NCBI GenBank assembly: GCA_002269645.1
Contig: NIVC01000175.1
Coordinates: 248,001-312,000, forward strand
Direction: 5' to 3'
DNA length: 64,000 nt
From: Macrostomum lignano
Taxonomy: Eukaryota
The notes beneath the pieces are model-generated. The model saw only the letters and a program-made list of their open reading frames with translations, made no database searches and was not told the DNA's origin. This document shows, piece by piece, positions 1-11,250 of this stretch (the first letter of the stretch is position 1; every line of letters starts with the position of its first letter). The translations under genes and the position numbers were made by a program.

Positions 1-100
1 TGTGGAGGTACTCGATGCTAGTTAAAGTCGTAAACAAAGAGTCGCTCAATACCAGCACTTGATTTTCGGTGAGCTCCAGACGCAGGCCAGAGCGGGTCGC

Positions 101-356
101 TTTCATAAGACCGAAATTTCACAACGCCGAAAAGCACTACCCTTCACAAGACCGAAACTTCATAAGACCGAAATTTCACAACGCCGAAAAATCGAAATGC
201 AGGGCCCTTCACACGACCGAAACTTCATAGGACAGAAAACTCAAAATGCTTATGTACTAAATGGCATTTTATTTTATGCGGCCTTACGAAATTTCAGTCT
301 TGTGAAGGGCCCTGCATTTTGGGTTTTCGGCGTTGTGAAATTTCGGTCTTATGAAA
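101..356. mobile_element. Small foldback/MITE-like element built from TTCA(C/T)AAGACCGAAA subrepeats
   Basis: Perfect 33-bp inverted repeat: 101-133 TTTCATAAGACCGAAATTTCACAACGCCGAAAA vs 324-356. Similar subrepeats occur at about 47400-47635. Confidence 0.6.
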
Positions 357-1729
357 CCCCCCCCCCCAGGCAGAGCCTCCCTCTTCGACACAGAGTATCG
401 GCGCTCGGTGGTCGGAAAATTACAGGCTATGTGGCGAGGGCGACTTAGCTCTCGGTGTCATCGTCGCTGCTAACGCGGATACAACAGTTTCGTGATCTGC
501 GGTCGAAGAATTTCAGGCACGTCGGTGCTGATGAGATACATGTAAGCCGCTATAATTCACCTCTCTGAAGGTGGCCTCGAATTTCGCGTCGCAGTTCCAT
601 AGCGCTTCCTTGTGCAAGAGCGCTGTCAGCAACTCGGCGACGTGCAGACAGGTTCTTGATGCAGAACAGAAAGAAATTTGAAAAGCCGCGAGAAATGAAG
701 CCAAGCTCTGCTATATTTCAGGGTGCTTGAGTTGCGATATAGTGGCGGTCTTGATAGGAAGCCATCAACGCCTTTGATGCCTTCTACGTTTTGGGTAAAA
801 TTGGTTCAAGAACACATGACCAACCTGAAGCAAATCAGTAAGTCTACTTACCTTCTTTCTAAGTCCTCTCAGCAACAACGGTAAATCAGGAGACATTCGC
901 TATTCTGCGACACAGGTGCACGGATTTAGCAAGCACTTGAGCAACAAATTCCAGCTTTCAAGACATATTTAGCAACCGCTTCATCCGCTCAACAAGGGAT
1001 ACTTCATCAGCGAGACCATGAATGTGACTAGACACCGATCGGAATCCCAAACGGCGAAGAGCGCTCATTTTGTTGATGGAGGCACCTGCTATAAAAATTC
1101 TGGTCTCTTGTAATGAACTGAAGTAATTCACACTCTCAAAATTTTATATCTTCCAATTAGTTTAAGTCACAGAGGCTTAACTTCACAATAGCCATCCGGC
1201 CTGCTTAAGGTTCTTCTCTCTTCTCAGCTGGCTTTTTCTCTTCTCTATTCTCTTCTCTACTCTTCTATCTCGTCTCATCTCTCATCTTTTTCAGCCTGGT
1301 TCACTTTTCAGGATATTTTACGTGTGCCAGCGCAATGAGAGGGCTGGGAACAGAGAAGTGAGTCGGGGAGGTCTACCACAGAGGGAGTTGTCTCTCTCGC
1401 CACGTTGCCATGGCTACATCAATCAGCCACAGAGCCGTCCTAGTGAGCGGCCTTTGAGCTTAGCTAATAATTGTTATTGTTATCATGCAACCACAGATGA
1501 TGGAGTGAGGTGGAGGAAGAGATAACCAACTGAAGCTTCTCATACTGGATAGGGGTGGAGGAGTTTTGAGCAGCTCCCAAAAAGTATTCAGCAACAGAAG
1601 CAAGCTGTCGTCAGCCAGCAAGACCACAGGCACCTCAAGGTGTACACTAGCCTCGGCCCCCCCCCTATCTATCTATCTACGAACGTATCTATCTATCTAT
1701 CTATCTATGTAACGGGCAATGCCACCATT

Positions 1730-2105
1730 TCAGTGCTGCTCACAGCAATGGCAGTGGAACTCGATCCCAACAGCTTCACCGCCTCTGAGCAGCCAGTCGA
1801 GCTGATGGACGCCTCCAGCAGCGAGGTCGTCACCCTGAGCCGCATGCGCTCAGCTACCGACTGCATGCTGCAGTGCTCAGAGAGACACTGCGCTGCAGCT
1901 GCTGCTAGCAAGTCCGGCATCTGCGAGCTGCTCTTCATCAATGACGCCTCGAAGCAGCTGGGCCCGCCAATGACTCACGCAGCCAGGCGGTTCGGCAACA
2001 GCTCGACTGGCGAGCTGCAGGTGTGGAAGGCGGCCGACTTTGAGCAGACCGTGCAGCGGAGGCAGCTGAAGAACTTCACTGCAGTTCTGTTCACTAAGCG
2101 TTCTG
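1730..2105 (+). CDS. Probable host exon encoding a PAN/apple-like Cys-containing domain
   Basis: Open frame with host-like GC3 codon use and PAN-like Cys spacing (SATDCMLQCSERHCAAAAASKSGICEL). Exon boundaries not resolved. Confidence 0.4.
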
Positions 2106-2133
2106 TAGCTGGCCTAGCTAGCCTAGCCAGATT

Positions 2134-2777
2134 GGGAAGCCAGACTCATAGGGAAGCCAGACTCATAGGGAAGCCAGACTCATAGGGAAGCCAGACTCAT
2201 AGGGAAGCCAGACTCATAGGGAAGCCAGACTCATAGGGAAGCCAGACTCATAGGGAAGCCAGACTCATAGGGAAGCCAGACTCATAGGGAAGCCAGACTC
2301 ATAGGGAAGCCAGACTCATAGGGAAGCCAGACTCATAGGGAAGCCAGACTCATAGGGAAGCCAGACTCATAGGGAAGCCAGACTCATAGGGAAGCCAGAC
2401 TCATAGGGAAGCCAGACTCATAGGGAAGCCAGACTCATAGGGAAGCCAGACTCATAGGGAAGCCAGACTCATAGGGAAGCCAGACTCATAGGGAAGCCAG
2501 ACTCATAGGGAAGCCAGACTCATAGGGAAGCCAGACTCATAGGGAAGCCAGACTCATAGGGAAGCCAGACTCATAGGGAAGCCAGACTCATAGGGAAGCC
2601 AGACTCATAGGGAAGCCAGACTCATAGGGAAGCCAGACTCATAGGGAAGCCAGACTCATAGGGAAGCCAGACTCATAGGGAAGCCAGACTCATAGGGAAG
2701 CCAGACTCATAGGGAAGCCAGACTCATAGGGAAGCCAGACTCATTGGGAAGCCAGACTCATTGGGAAGCCAGACTCA
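2134..2777. repeat. 17-bp minisatellite (GGGAAGCCAGACTCATA), about 38 nearly identical copies
   Basis: Direct reading; no spacers between units. Confidence 0.97.
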
Positions 2778-3291
2778 GTGAACGGAGCTCCAAGCTCGTG
2801 TACGGAGCGAGCGACGGTCGGCTGTACCTGGCGGCCGGTGGCGGTGGCGGCGCTTCGCAGTCGTATTCAGGTAGGCGAATTATTCAGCCATACATGATTT
2901 TTACAACTTCTCAAGATCAACTCAACCGGAACCGACCCCGCTAATAAGGGCACTGGCGGAGCCAACGGTCATCCGGGACTCAACAATCCTATTGCAACAC
3001 CGAGCGGCAGAAAGCACGGTGGCTGCGGCGCCGGCTGGCTGGGCCGGGCTGTCAACGCCAGACGAGGGCTGGGCGACGGCGAGAGACTCGAAGACCTCGG
3101 AGGCGGCGGCGGCTCATTTTGCAGCGGCGTCGACTGCACCGCCGTAACTGGCGGAAACTCAGGCAGCGAGCAGGGCCGGGTGGAGGTGCGGCTGCAGGCT
3201 GCTGGCACCGCCTGCGGATGATGCGGAAAAATTTTCTCTTCTCTGTTTTACATGAGCGTTTCTCGAACTTTATGGTTTCCGCGTTTAAGTC

Positions 3292-3660
3292 TTGATTTAT
3301 TGTCCTGTCTGACTTGATTGTTGTCCTGTCTAACTTGATTGTTGTCCTGTCTAACTTGATGGTTGTCCTGTCTAACTTGATGGTTGTCCCGTCTAAATTG
3401 ATTATTGTCCCGTCTAACTTGATTATTGTCCTGTCTAACTTGATTATGGTCCTGTCTAACTTGATTATTGTCCCGTCTAGATTGATTATTGTCCCGTCTA
3501 AATTGATTATTGTCCTGTCTAACTTGATTATTGTCCTGTCTAACTTGATTATTGTCCCGTCTAGATTGATTATTGTCCTGTCTAACTTGATTATTGTCCT
3601 GTCTAACTTGATTATTGTCCCGTCTAGATTGATTATTGTCCTGTCTAAATTGATTGTTGC
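3292..3660. repeat. 21-bp minisatellite (TTGATTATTGTCCTGTCTAAC), about 17 copies
   Basis: Direct reading; produces the artefactual IIVLSNL ORF. Confidence 0.95.
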
Positions 3661-4299
3661 TTTGTGGATCTTGAGTTTTCTATTGCAAGCGTTTTATTTT
3701 GCTGTTTTTTTCAACAACTTGATATAGCATCAAGGCTACTCAAGTACTCAAGTACGGCTACGCCGTACTCAAGTCAACCATTACGTCACACCGCTGATGC
3801 TACAAAGCGACGCGCGACAGAAAATGCACTTTCCTACATGCTTAAAATATTTAGAAAAATCTTATCTTAACAAGAAAAGTTTAACTCTTCGATTGGTTAT
3901 TTTCCTTTTGTGCTACTCTGTCAGTACACTTGCACTGGATGCGTTAACCTGCTCTCAAAGATTATTTTATCTTGTCTGTCTGTTCTTCGAAATAAACTGA
4001 AGATTGCCCCTTGGAGTGCGAAACGCTTCGCGAAATCTTCAATTTGTTTACTCGTTTCCTATTTACTAACTATCTCTATGTCAGCAGGTCTTCCTGATTT
4101 TTAATTATTTGTTTATTAAAGCTGTCACGCTGTAGACTAACCGTCCCGTTAAGGCCTAAAAATTAATCATGGCAATAATGGTTGTTCTTTATATACAAAT
4201 TAATCATTTGCTGATGCAAATTTATGCGTCTACGGGCATCCACTGCAGCTTCACACTAAAAGCATTATTTGAGCAATGCTCAGACTACGTAGACAAAGA

Positions 4300-4565
4300 C
4301 CAGCTGGGTTGGCAAAAGTTTTTTAACTCATAGGCCAGATAGAGAACCTAGGGCGTGACTGCGGGTCAGAGGAGTGGAAAGAAGGGGAAGAGAAGAAATG
4401 AGAGGCGAGGGAATAAAGAAGAGAGGGGAGGAAAGAAAAGAGAGAAGAGGAAAGAAAGGAGAGGAGAGCAAAGCGGAGAGAGAGGGGGGAGAAAGGACAG
4501 AAGAGGAGAGGAGAAAAGATGATAAGCGAGACGAGAGGAGAGATTTGACTAGGGAGATGAGAAGC
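4300..4565. repeat. GA-rich dispersed repeat with hAT-MITE-like end (GGGTTGGCAAA)
   Basis: The lead-in resembles about 57640-57720 and the inverted end GTTTGCCAACCCCTG at about 30903-30917; followed by a degenerate GA tract. Confidence 0.4.
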
Positions 4566-4846
4566 CAGACACAAAACTCGAGCGGGCCGGATTGCTATTG
4601 TGAAATTACAAAGGACTCGAGGGTCGGATAGAAAGGCTTCATGGGTCGGAGTTTGCTGACCCCTGACATACTCATAGACTGAGACATCTCTTCCTGGCAG
4701 AGACAATGTGACAAACGTGCAGTGTTCAGAAAGCTTCTATGCAGTGCGAGCCTGAACTCAGTGTGTTGTATTGCAGTCGTTGTCCGTTCGTCGTGAACTC
4801 AATTTACTTTGCTGAAGTGTTGTGCTGGAAATAAAGATTACCAGAT

Positions 4847-5398
4847 AGTAGAATGCATGAGGCGGCTTCTGGGACAAAATTTTTCACTTCCTCCATAATC
4901 CCATTAAATCCATCCATATTATCCCTGACAGAATCAGAAAAAAAGGGGGGTCGCACTCGCTCCGAAAACTTCGAACATAATCCTCCTAAATCCATCCATA
5001 TTATCCCCGACAGAATCGGAGCATAACAGATGTCGTACTCGCTCCGAAAACTTCGAACATAATCCCCCTAAATCCATCCATATTATCCCCGACAGAATCG
5101 GAGCATAACAGATGTCGTACTCGCTCCGAAAACTTCGAACATAATCCCCCTAAATCCATCCATATTATCTCCGACAGAATCAGAGCATAACAGATGTCCT
5201 ACTCGCTCACAAAACGTCATCCATAATCCCCCAAAATCCATCTATGTTATCAGAGCATAACAAGTGTCCTACATAATCCACTGACATCCACCCATAGCAT
5301 CTTCGAAACAATCAGAAAATAATCTGCATTCTTCTCCCCACATTCAATCCGCAACGCGAAACCAGATCCCTAAGACTTTAAATCATCAGCGCAGGGTG
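4847..5398 (+). repeat. Left TIR of the Polinton, containing 82-bp tandem units
   Basis: Near-identical reverse complement of about 24276-24745. Units start at about 4893, 4976, 5058, 5140 and 5222 (last one partial). Confidence 0.93.
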
Positions 5399-5435
5399 CT
5401 CATCCTCCGAAAAAAAATCTAAATTTTCTCTAAAA

Positions 5436-5675
5436 ATGTTTCCAGCTGTCTCTCCAGGTTCTTATTACAAAGCGCACGAGCCTAATTACAAGAGTAAGTA
5501 CCGATGCAAACTTGAATGCAGCGAATACATGAGAAAATATTGGCCCGGCATTGATATCAATGTCCCTAATATTAATCTAGCTCTCCAAAGACACTGGTTT
5601 CATAAGTATGGAGTAACCTATGTAAAATATTACGACAGCTACTATAACTTTGCAGAAGTTATAAGGCAGTTGTAG
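5436..5675 (+). CDS. 79-aa Tyr/Lys-rich hypothetical protein; inverted paralogue of 23869-24240
   Basis: 63 of 79 residues identical to the right-end copy, with silent and conservative changes; AAAA-ATG start like other element genes. Confidence 0.7.
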   Translation: MFPAVSPGSYYKAHEPNYKSKYRCKLECSEYMRKYWPGIDINVPNINLALQRHWFHKYGVTYVKYYDSYYNFAEVIRQL

Positions 5676-5736
5676 TTGGCAACTACAAAGTTGTACCTAG
5701 CGGTTTATATCGTAATTTTACAAGTCTGAAGACGAC

Positions 5737-6594
5737 TCACATTCTCTCAATAATAATTGTTAACACAAACTCTTCCCCGTTAAAATCGACACCAACTCCA
5801 TCCTCTGTTTCAAACTGCAGAACGATTTCATGTATCTCTCTATTACTCAGAATCACTCTTTTCACGGGGTTCGGCTTTTGCACAAGCATTTTGCCACCAG
5901 CAACAGAGTTTGAAATGTTAAAAAGTATGTTGGTTCGTTTGCCCTTGAATATCCAATCATGGCTCAGATTGCTACGAATTAATATATTCAAACCTTTGAC
6001 AATGTCAGCGATATTTGGCGCCAAGTACATACCGGATATTAGCCGGGACACAGCAACAGTGCCAGGCGCCTGCAGCGGGCTTTGGTCTGTGGCGCCACCA
6101 TAAACTCTCTTTTCAAATCCCAACTCGCGATACCAAGTGCCATCTTTAAACTCTACCTCTGCGTCCTTATGAACTTGCAAGACAACTCTCATGACAGTTA
6201 GATCATAAGTTAATCTAACAGGGAACAGTTTATTTTCTGGTTTGCTTTCATCCGGTATCTCAAAATGCTTTCGTTTAGTGAAGACGTTCTCCAAGAAGTA
6301 ATTATAAGTATCCACGCTCTGTGTGCTGACAGGAAATATCACAACCTCTGTTGTAGTACGCTTCCATTTGTAATAAAACTTGTTATTTTCCGCTGTCACA
6401 TTCGGAACATTTGACCACCCAGTGAAATCATTGAGATGGACGTGGTAATTCGCCTCGGGATCCAAACGAAGTGGTTGCTCCAATTTTTGAATGAAGATTC
6501 CGTTTGACTCAGTAATGCGACCCGCTACAGTGATTGGAATGCTCTCCTTAGAGTGTGAAACAATGTTGTTTAGTCTTTCGGCTATGGCTTCCAT
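5737..6594 (-). CDS. Minor capsid protein (penton-like, single jelly-roll)
   Basis: PLRL...VHL...SNVPNV...NNKFYY near the N-terminus and EIVLQFETEDGVGVDFNGE at the C-terminus; directly downstream of the major capsid gene. Confidence 0.85.
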   Translation of the reverse strand: MEAIAERLNNIVSHSKESIPITVAGRITESNGIFIQKLEQPLRLDPEANYHVHLNDFTGWSNVPNVTAENNKFYYKWKRTTTEVVIFPVSTQSVDTYNYFLENVFTKRKHFEIPDESKPENKLFPVRLTYDLTVMRVVLQVHKDAEVEFKDGTWYRELGFEKRVYGGATDQSPLQAPGTVAVSRLISGMYLAPNIADIVKGLNILIRSNLSHDWIFKGKRTNILFNISNSVAGGKMLVQKPNPVKRVILSNREIHEIVLQFETEDGVGVDFNGEEFVLTIIIERM

Positions 6595-6616
6595 TTTTTG
6601 ATTGAAAAAAAATTAT

Positions 6617-7912
6617 TCAAACTTTACTAGACGAGTTATTGATCATATTGACCTTGATCTTCCTCTCAAATGCATAGATAATAAACAGATCAACAGCCGT
6701 TGCGGCACCAAATTCTTTCCGCTCGATATTAGTCACAATGTTAACAGGGCTATTGTCTGTAGGCATTTGTCTAGCAGTCACATCAACACCAAATATTTGA
6801 TATAGTTTTTTATACTGCAAGGTTGTCAAAACAATACCGTTATTCTCTTTGACAGCCAGGTCCGACAGTTCATTGTAAAACTTACTAATCTTGTTCTCCG
6901 AGAAATTCCCATTTTGTGGCAATGCAGGGTATAAATTGTCACTGATCTCATGTTGAATCGATCGAATGTTTCCATGTAGATATCTACCTACATTAGTTGT
7001 ATTCCTCATAGTGACAATAATGTACCTTGGATTGCTACAGGAGCCTTCTTTAATGCAAATATTGTGTCTTGCGTCATTCCGCTCATCTCTGCACATATAA
7101 GCTGTATAAGCAACATCAATGTCTTTCTCAATCGCCTTCAAGTATTCAGCTTTGAGTGCAGTCTTGGGCTCAATAATTTCTAAGTACAGCTCCACGCTAG
7201 TTAGCTTAATCTCCATCGATGTATGATTGGCCCCCGACCAAATTCCTCTGTTCCGATCATCTCTAGTCAGTCTAAATGTGTAGCTAAAGTTGCTTGTCAA
7301 CCGATTGAAACTATTACAGAAACCACTCATAAACCTCAAAGGTACAAAAATATCTACAGACCTAAACAGCGGATTCTTAGCAGCATCGTTCTCACCAACA
7401 AGAGCATAGTTGTATCTCTCCTTTCTCTTTTTGTAACCAGGGTCATTCTCATCTCCTGTCTGTTCATTGGGGATGAATCCAGCACCGCTCCCCATCTGAA
7501 TAAAATCCGGGTTCTCAATCAAGCACTGGGTATCATAGACCACACCAAAGTTTGCTATTCTTTCCAACTCTGTACTTCCATTGGACACATTAAACTCTTT
7601 GAACATATAAGCCCAGAAATTACTGGTTAGTGCGACATCTGCATTGTGTAGATCATCATTAGCATGAGCGGCGTCTGCGCCTCCTTTAGTTTTGAATTGA
7701 AACGTCATATAGAAGCCACTCCTTAGACTGTGGACACTGACCAAAGACGAACATCCGTTGTATGTGAATGTCAGCGTTTGACCTGGACCCAAATTAGTTT
7801 CATTCTGATTTTCCTGACTGGGAACTCTTACCTGAGTCGCTTTGATTGTGCTATCGTCACTCAAAATAGGCTTGTTAATTTTGTAGAAAACTGGTGTCAG
7901 TGGGTCGTTCAT
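6617..7912 (-). CDS. Major capsid protein (double jelly-roll, Polinton PY/hexon-like)
   Basis: 431 aa; N-terminal DDSTIK...GQTLTF, central FVPLRFMSGFC and PRYIIV motifs typical of Polinton MCPs; position next to the penton gene. Confidence 0.88.
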   Translation of the reverse strand: MNDPLTPVFYKINKPILSDDSTIKATQVRVPSQENQNETNLGPGQTLTFTYNGCSSLVSVHSLRSGFYMTFQFKTKGGADAAHANDDLHNADVALTSNFWAYMFKEFNVSNGSTELERIANFGVVYDTQCLIENPDFIQMGSGAGFIPNEQTGDENDPGYKKRKERYNYALVGENDAAKNPLFRSVDIFVPLRFMSGFCNSFNRLTSNFSYTFRLTRDDRNRGIWSGANHTSMEIKLTSVELYLEIIEPKTALKAEYLKAIEKDIDVAYTAYMCRDERNDARHNICIKEGSCSNPRYIIVTMRNTTNVGRYLHGNIRSIQHEISDNLYPALPQNGNFSENKISKFYNELSDLAVKENNGIVLTTLQYKKLYQIFGVDVTARQMPTDNSPVNIVTNIERKEFGAATAVDLFIIYAFERKIKVNMINNSSSKV

Positions 7913-7942
7913 TTTTTAACTAAAAATAAAATAAAATAAGAA

Positions 7943-9148
7943 ATGAAGCGAAAAAGTACACAGCAGATATCTGAATTGGAGAAGCTAGCACAAGCAGAGA
8001 AACGAGTTACCGGGCTAATAAATAAGGAGCAACAATCCTACAATGAGTTTGTCCAAGCAGCCACAGAGTTTCATAAACCCGGATACACAGAAGCGAAGAA
8101 AAACCTCGACACTGTGAAGGAAGCAGTTGATGATATTCAAGAGAGCCAGTTGCAAAACACATTGGGTAAAATTCCATCTTCACCGGGACAACCACAGGCT
8201 CAGCAACCAGAACAACCAGTGCAGATGAATGTGACGGATAACTTTTTTGGCCCCGTATTGGATGATGGAAAATATATTTTTGGAATTAGCGCCTGGCGAA
8301 AAAAAATTACCGGGGAACCGGTGGATTACAACATTGAAGTGACAAAGGAAAATATTTCAATCAATAAAGGCGCAGAAACTAAACGAATCCCCTTCACTCA
8401 AACTTTACTTGATTACATGACTAAAAATCAGAAAAAAAGATCCGAGAAGCAGCTCGAAAATTACAAAGATCTTGTTACCTTTGCTCTCGATAGGGACATA
8501 GATATGCTCAAGAACAACGGTGTTTTGAAAATTTTACATGAAAAAGGGATTGTCTTGAACAATTGTAAAAAATACAAATACTTTAAACAATGGTTTGGTT
8601 TGCCGGATCAAGAAGAGGTCATAAGACAACAACCACAACCACAGCAGCAACAACCACAACAGCAGCAACCAAAACAACAACTACAACAACCACAACAGCA
8701 GCAACCACAAACACAACCACAACCACAACAACCTCCACCGCCACAGCAACAAATCACACCCGAACAAGTACTAGAAGCGCTTGAAAAAGCAGGGCCAAAT
8801 GAGATTTCCCAGTACAGAAACCAGCGCCCAGATGAATGGCGACAATTAGAACAGTTCTCCCCAGAACGAATGAAGCGAATCAATGACAGAGTATTCACAC
8901 CTAGGCTACAGCAACCCTCACCAGGAACATCCTTCTCTGACCAATCATTCGAATCACCACCAAGCTCTTCCGGAAAAGGCATGCCTGAATTCTACAAGCG
9001 AGCAGCGGTTCTTCTAGGAGCGGCAAAGACCGGAATGAAAGATGAGAATAGAAAAGAGTTCGTTCACATCCTCAATAAAATGCTTGAGAGAAAATACATC
9101 GATAAGAGGGCGAGAGAGCTTCTGCTTTCGCGGTTCAACAAAAAATAA
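7943..9148 (+). CDS. Polinton conserved hypothetical protein with a Gln/Pro-rich linker
   Basis: 401 aa. C-terminal RAAVLLGAAKTG...EFVHILNKMLERKYI resembles a recurrent Polinton helical motif (recalled, unverified). Q/P tract at about 8620-8755. Confidence 0.75.
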   Translation: MKRKSTQQISELEKLAQAEKRVTGLINKEQQSYNEFVQAATEFHKPGYTEAKKNLDTVKEAVDDIQESQLQNTLGKIPSSPGQPQAQQPEQPVQMNVTDNFFGPVLDDGKYIFGISAWRKKITGEPVDYNIEVTKENISINKGAETKRIPFTQTLLDYMTKNQKKRSEKQLENYKDLVTFALDRDIDMLKNNGVLKILHEKGIVLNNCKKYKYFKQWFGLPDQEEVIRQQPQPQQQQPQQQQPKQQLQQPQQQQPQTQPQPQQPPPPQQQITPEQVLEALEKAGPNEISQYRNQRPDEWRQLEQFSPERMKRINDRVFTPRLQQPSPGTSFSDQSFESPPSSSGKGMPEFYKRAAVLLGAAKTGMKDENRKEFVHILNKMLERKYIDKRARELLLSRFNKK

Positions 9149-9164
9149 TTTATTTCAAGTAAAA

Positions 9165-9545
9165 ATGCCACTTATTTTCGAAAAAGACATTGACAAATAC
9201 TATGACAAAGAGGAACTTAATCTCATTAAACGCGGATCCGGACTTTTCCCTGCCGGCCACTATCCAAGAAAAGAACGCTCTGGGAATGGCCTTGCCGATT
9301 TGATCGCTCAGGAGGCCAAGATTTTTAAGGTCATTGGAGAGAACAAAGAGAACATCAAGAACGTTGCCGAAGCGGCTGGCAGTGTAGCCACAGCAGCCAA
9401 AAAGATTAAAGATACGGTTCATGAAACCCGGAAATCAATACCAGATATTCAACCCCTTGCACCGAGTGCAGATAGTGTCGATCCAGCCATCTACGCAAAG
9501 ATGAGAGCTGAATATAAGAAAGGAGGCGGTTTTAAATTTGACTAA
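9165..9545 (+). CDS. 126-aa basic protein with G-x-G motifs (candidate virion core/precursor protein)
   Basis: First ATG after the upstream stop, in AAAA-ATG context at 9165; motifs KRGSGL, RSGNGL and KKGGGF. Confidence 0.65.
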   Translation: MPLIFEKDIDKYYDKEELNLIKRGSGLFPAGHYPRKERSGNGLADLIAQEAKIFKVIGENKENIKNVAEAAGSVATAAKKIKDTVHETRKSIPDIQPLAPSADSVDPAIYAKMRAEYKKGGGFKFD

Positions 9546-9721
9546 TTTGGTGCACCCTGACGGTAAAAGAGGTGTGAGGGTGTAGGACTAGTCGGATGTA
9601 GGACTAGTCGAAAAAAGACACACACAACCCGCAAAAAGACACACACATACACATCCCGAAAAAAAGACACACGCGTCTTAAATACACAAGTTTAAAAAGA
9701 AAAAGTTTTTTTACATAAAAA

Positions 9722-10522
9722 ATGGACTTCACAAACGACTTTCATCCCCACTGGACACGCAATCAGATAAAATTTGCTCACAACGAGATAATTCCAGGGC
9801 ACTTCCGATGCATTGTTGTTGGCTCATCTGGGTCAGGGAAAACCTTCAGAGTTTTTAACATGCTCCTCAGACCTGGATTCCTCGATTATGACACACTACA
9901 TATCTATTCACCCACTCTGTATCAAGATGAGTATAAAATGCTAGTAGCGGGCCTACAGAACAAACTCAACAAGGAAGATATTATTCAATGTTTTAGACAT
10001 CAAAAAGACCTCAACAGCAACCCGGAAGTTGTAGCCACTGAATACGCAAAGCACATCCCAGACAATGAAAAATGGCAAAACATTAAAGTTTTCACTTATG
10101 GAGATCCACAGATAGATCCTAAAACTAAACTCTTACCTCAACCTGATGAACTAGAAAAGGGGAGAAAGCACCTGATTGTCTTCGATGACTGCATGACCGG
10201 TCCCCAGAAACAGATAGAAAATTATTTCACCCGGGGTAGACATAATAATTGCAATGTTATTTACATTGCCCAAAACTGGTTTGAACTGCCAAATAAAACA
10301 ATTAGAGGTAACTGTAATTTGATTCTCCTTTTCCCAACCATACCACAGGATCGACTGAAACGATTTTATAATGAAGTCATTGCCCCAGCTCACATTACAT
10401 ATCCAGCTAAGAACTCTAACAGAACAATATCACAGGAGGAATTTGTTAACATATGCTATGAAAAGTGGAACCAACCCTATCAGTTTGTCATGATTAATAA
10501 GGAGAAAAGAATTTTACTTTAA
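9722..10522 (+). CDS. DNA-packaging ATPase (FtsK/HerA, poxvirus A32-like)
   Basis: Walker A GSSGSGKT, Walker B LIVFDD, and RGRHNNCNVIYIAQ. Confidence 0.95.
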   Translation: MDFTNDFHPHWTRNQIKFAHNEIIPGHFRCIVVGSSGSGKTFRVFNMLLRPGFLDYDTLHIYSPTLYQDEYKMLVAGLQNKLNKEDIIQCFRHQKDLNSNPEVVATEYAKHIPDNEKWQNIKVFTYGDPQIDPKTKLLPQPDELEKGRKHLIVFDDCMTGPQKQIENYFTRGRHNNCNVIYIAQNWFELPNKTIRGNCNLILLFPTIPQDRLKRFYNEVIAPAHITYPAKNSNRTISQEEFVNICYEKWNQPYQFVMINKEKRILL

Positions 10523-10538
10523 TTTTTCATTTAAAAAA

Positions 10539-11225
10539 ATGTCTATTAATTTTGCAGGTGAGTCAACTACAGGCAACAGCACTCTCACAACTTCCTTCCT
10601 TGACAAGCGCTACATTAACACTGATGAAGAGATCCCAGAGATCAAACTGAATAAAAACAGACTGAAAGCCCTAGAGCGCTCCATGCACCAGTTGCAAATA
10701 AACATGGAAGATCTCAGGCTTAAAGTAGCTAGGCAGAAGTTTGAAAGTGATAAGCTTTATGTGCCGTTGTTAAACGCAACTAATGAACTAAGGTCAGAAA
10801 TAACTTCGATAGTCTCGCTAATCAACGGCTTAAGATCGACAGTTAATCTTCTGGGAAATTCCACTGATAGACGGATGCGTATTCTTGAAGGAGGAGTTTT
10901 CACAAACACAGCTAAAGTAAATCATTTAGAAGAGTTCATGAACCAGTCAACAGCGTTGCATGATAGAATTAAAGAAAGACTTGAAGCATTAAAGAGAAAG
11001 GATGTATCACACAGTAGCTATCTAAACGGAATGTATAGCGCTTGGGGTAAAATAATAAGGAGGCTTGATCGTCTGGAGAGAACACTCAATCTTCGTGATA
11101 TTGCTATTGATGAAGCAGAATCTACTGCTCGTTCGGTCATTACTGCAGATGAAATTATCAAAAAGATGATTTCAAGCAACAGAACTTTTCAAAACAACAG
11201 ATCTTTCAACCGGGTAGTTTTGTAA
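10539..11225 (+). CDS. 228-aa predicted coiled-coil hypothetical protein
   Basis: Long heptad-like L/I pattern; ATG context shared with the neighbouring genes. Confidence 0.7.
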   Translation: MSINFAGESTTGNSTLTTSFLDKRYINTDEEIPEIKLNKNRLKALERSMHQLQINMEDLRLKVARQKFESDKLYVPLLNATNELRSEITSIVSLINGLRSTVNLLGNSTDRRMRILEGGVFTNTAKVNHLEEFMNQSTALHDRIKERLEALKRKDVSHSSYLNGMYSAWGKIIRRLDRLERTLNLRDIAIDEAESTARSVITADEIIKKMISSNRTFQNNRSFNRVVL

Positions 11226-11250
11226 TTTTTAAATTTTTTCTAGGAAAAAA

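Noticed and set aside
513-1100. Possible decayed transposase on the minus strand
   Set aside because: Coding-like but full of stops, with no diagnostic motif I could confirm.
2134-3660. Regular 17-bp and 21-bp arrays as CRISPR
   Set aside because: No unique spacers, and the context is eukaryotic; these are plain minisatellites.
3314-3727. 137-aa hydrophobic IIVLSNL-repeat ORF
   Set aside because: Produced by a 21-bp tandem repeat with no independent coding evidence.
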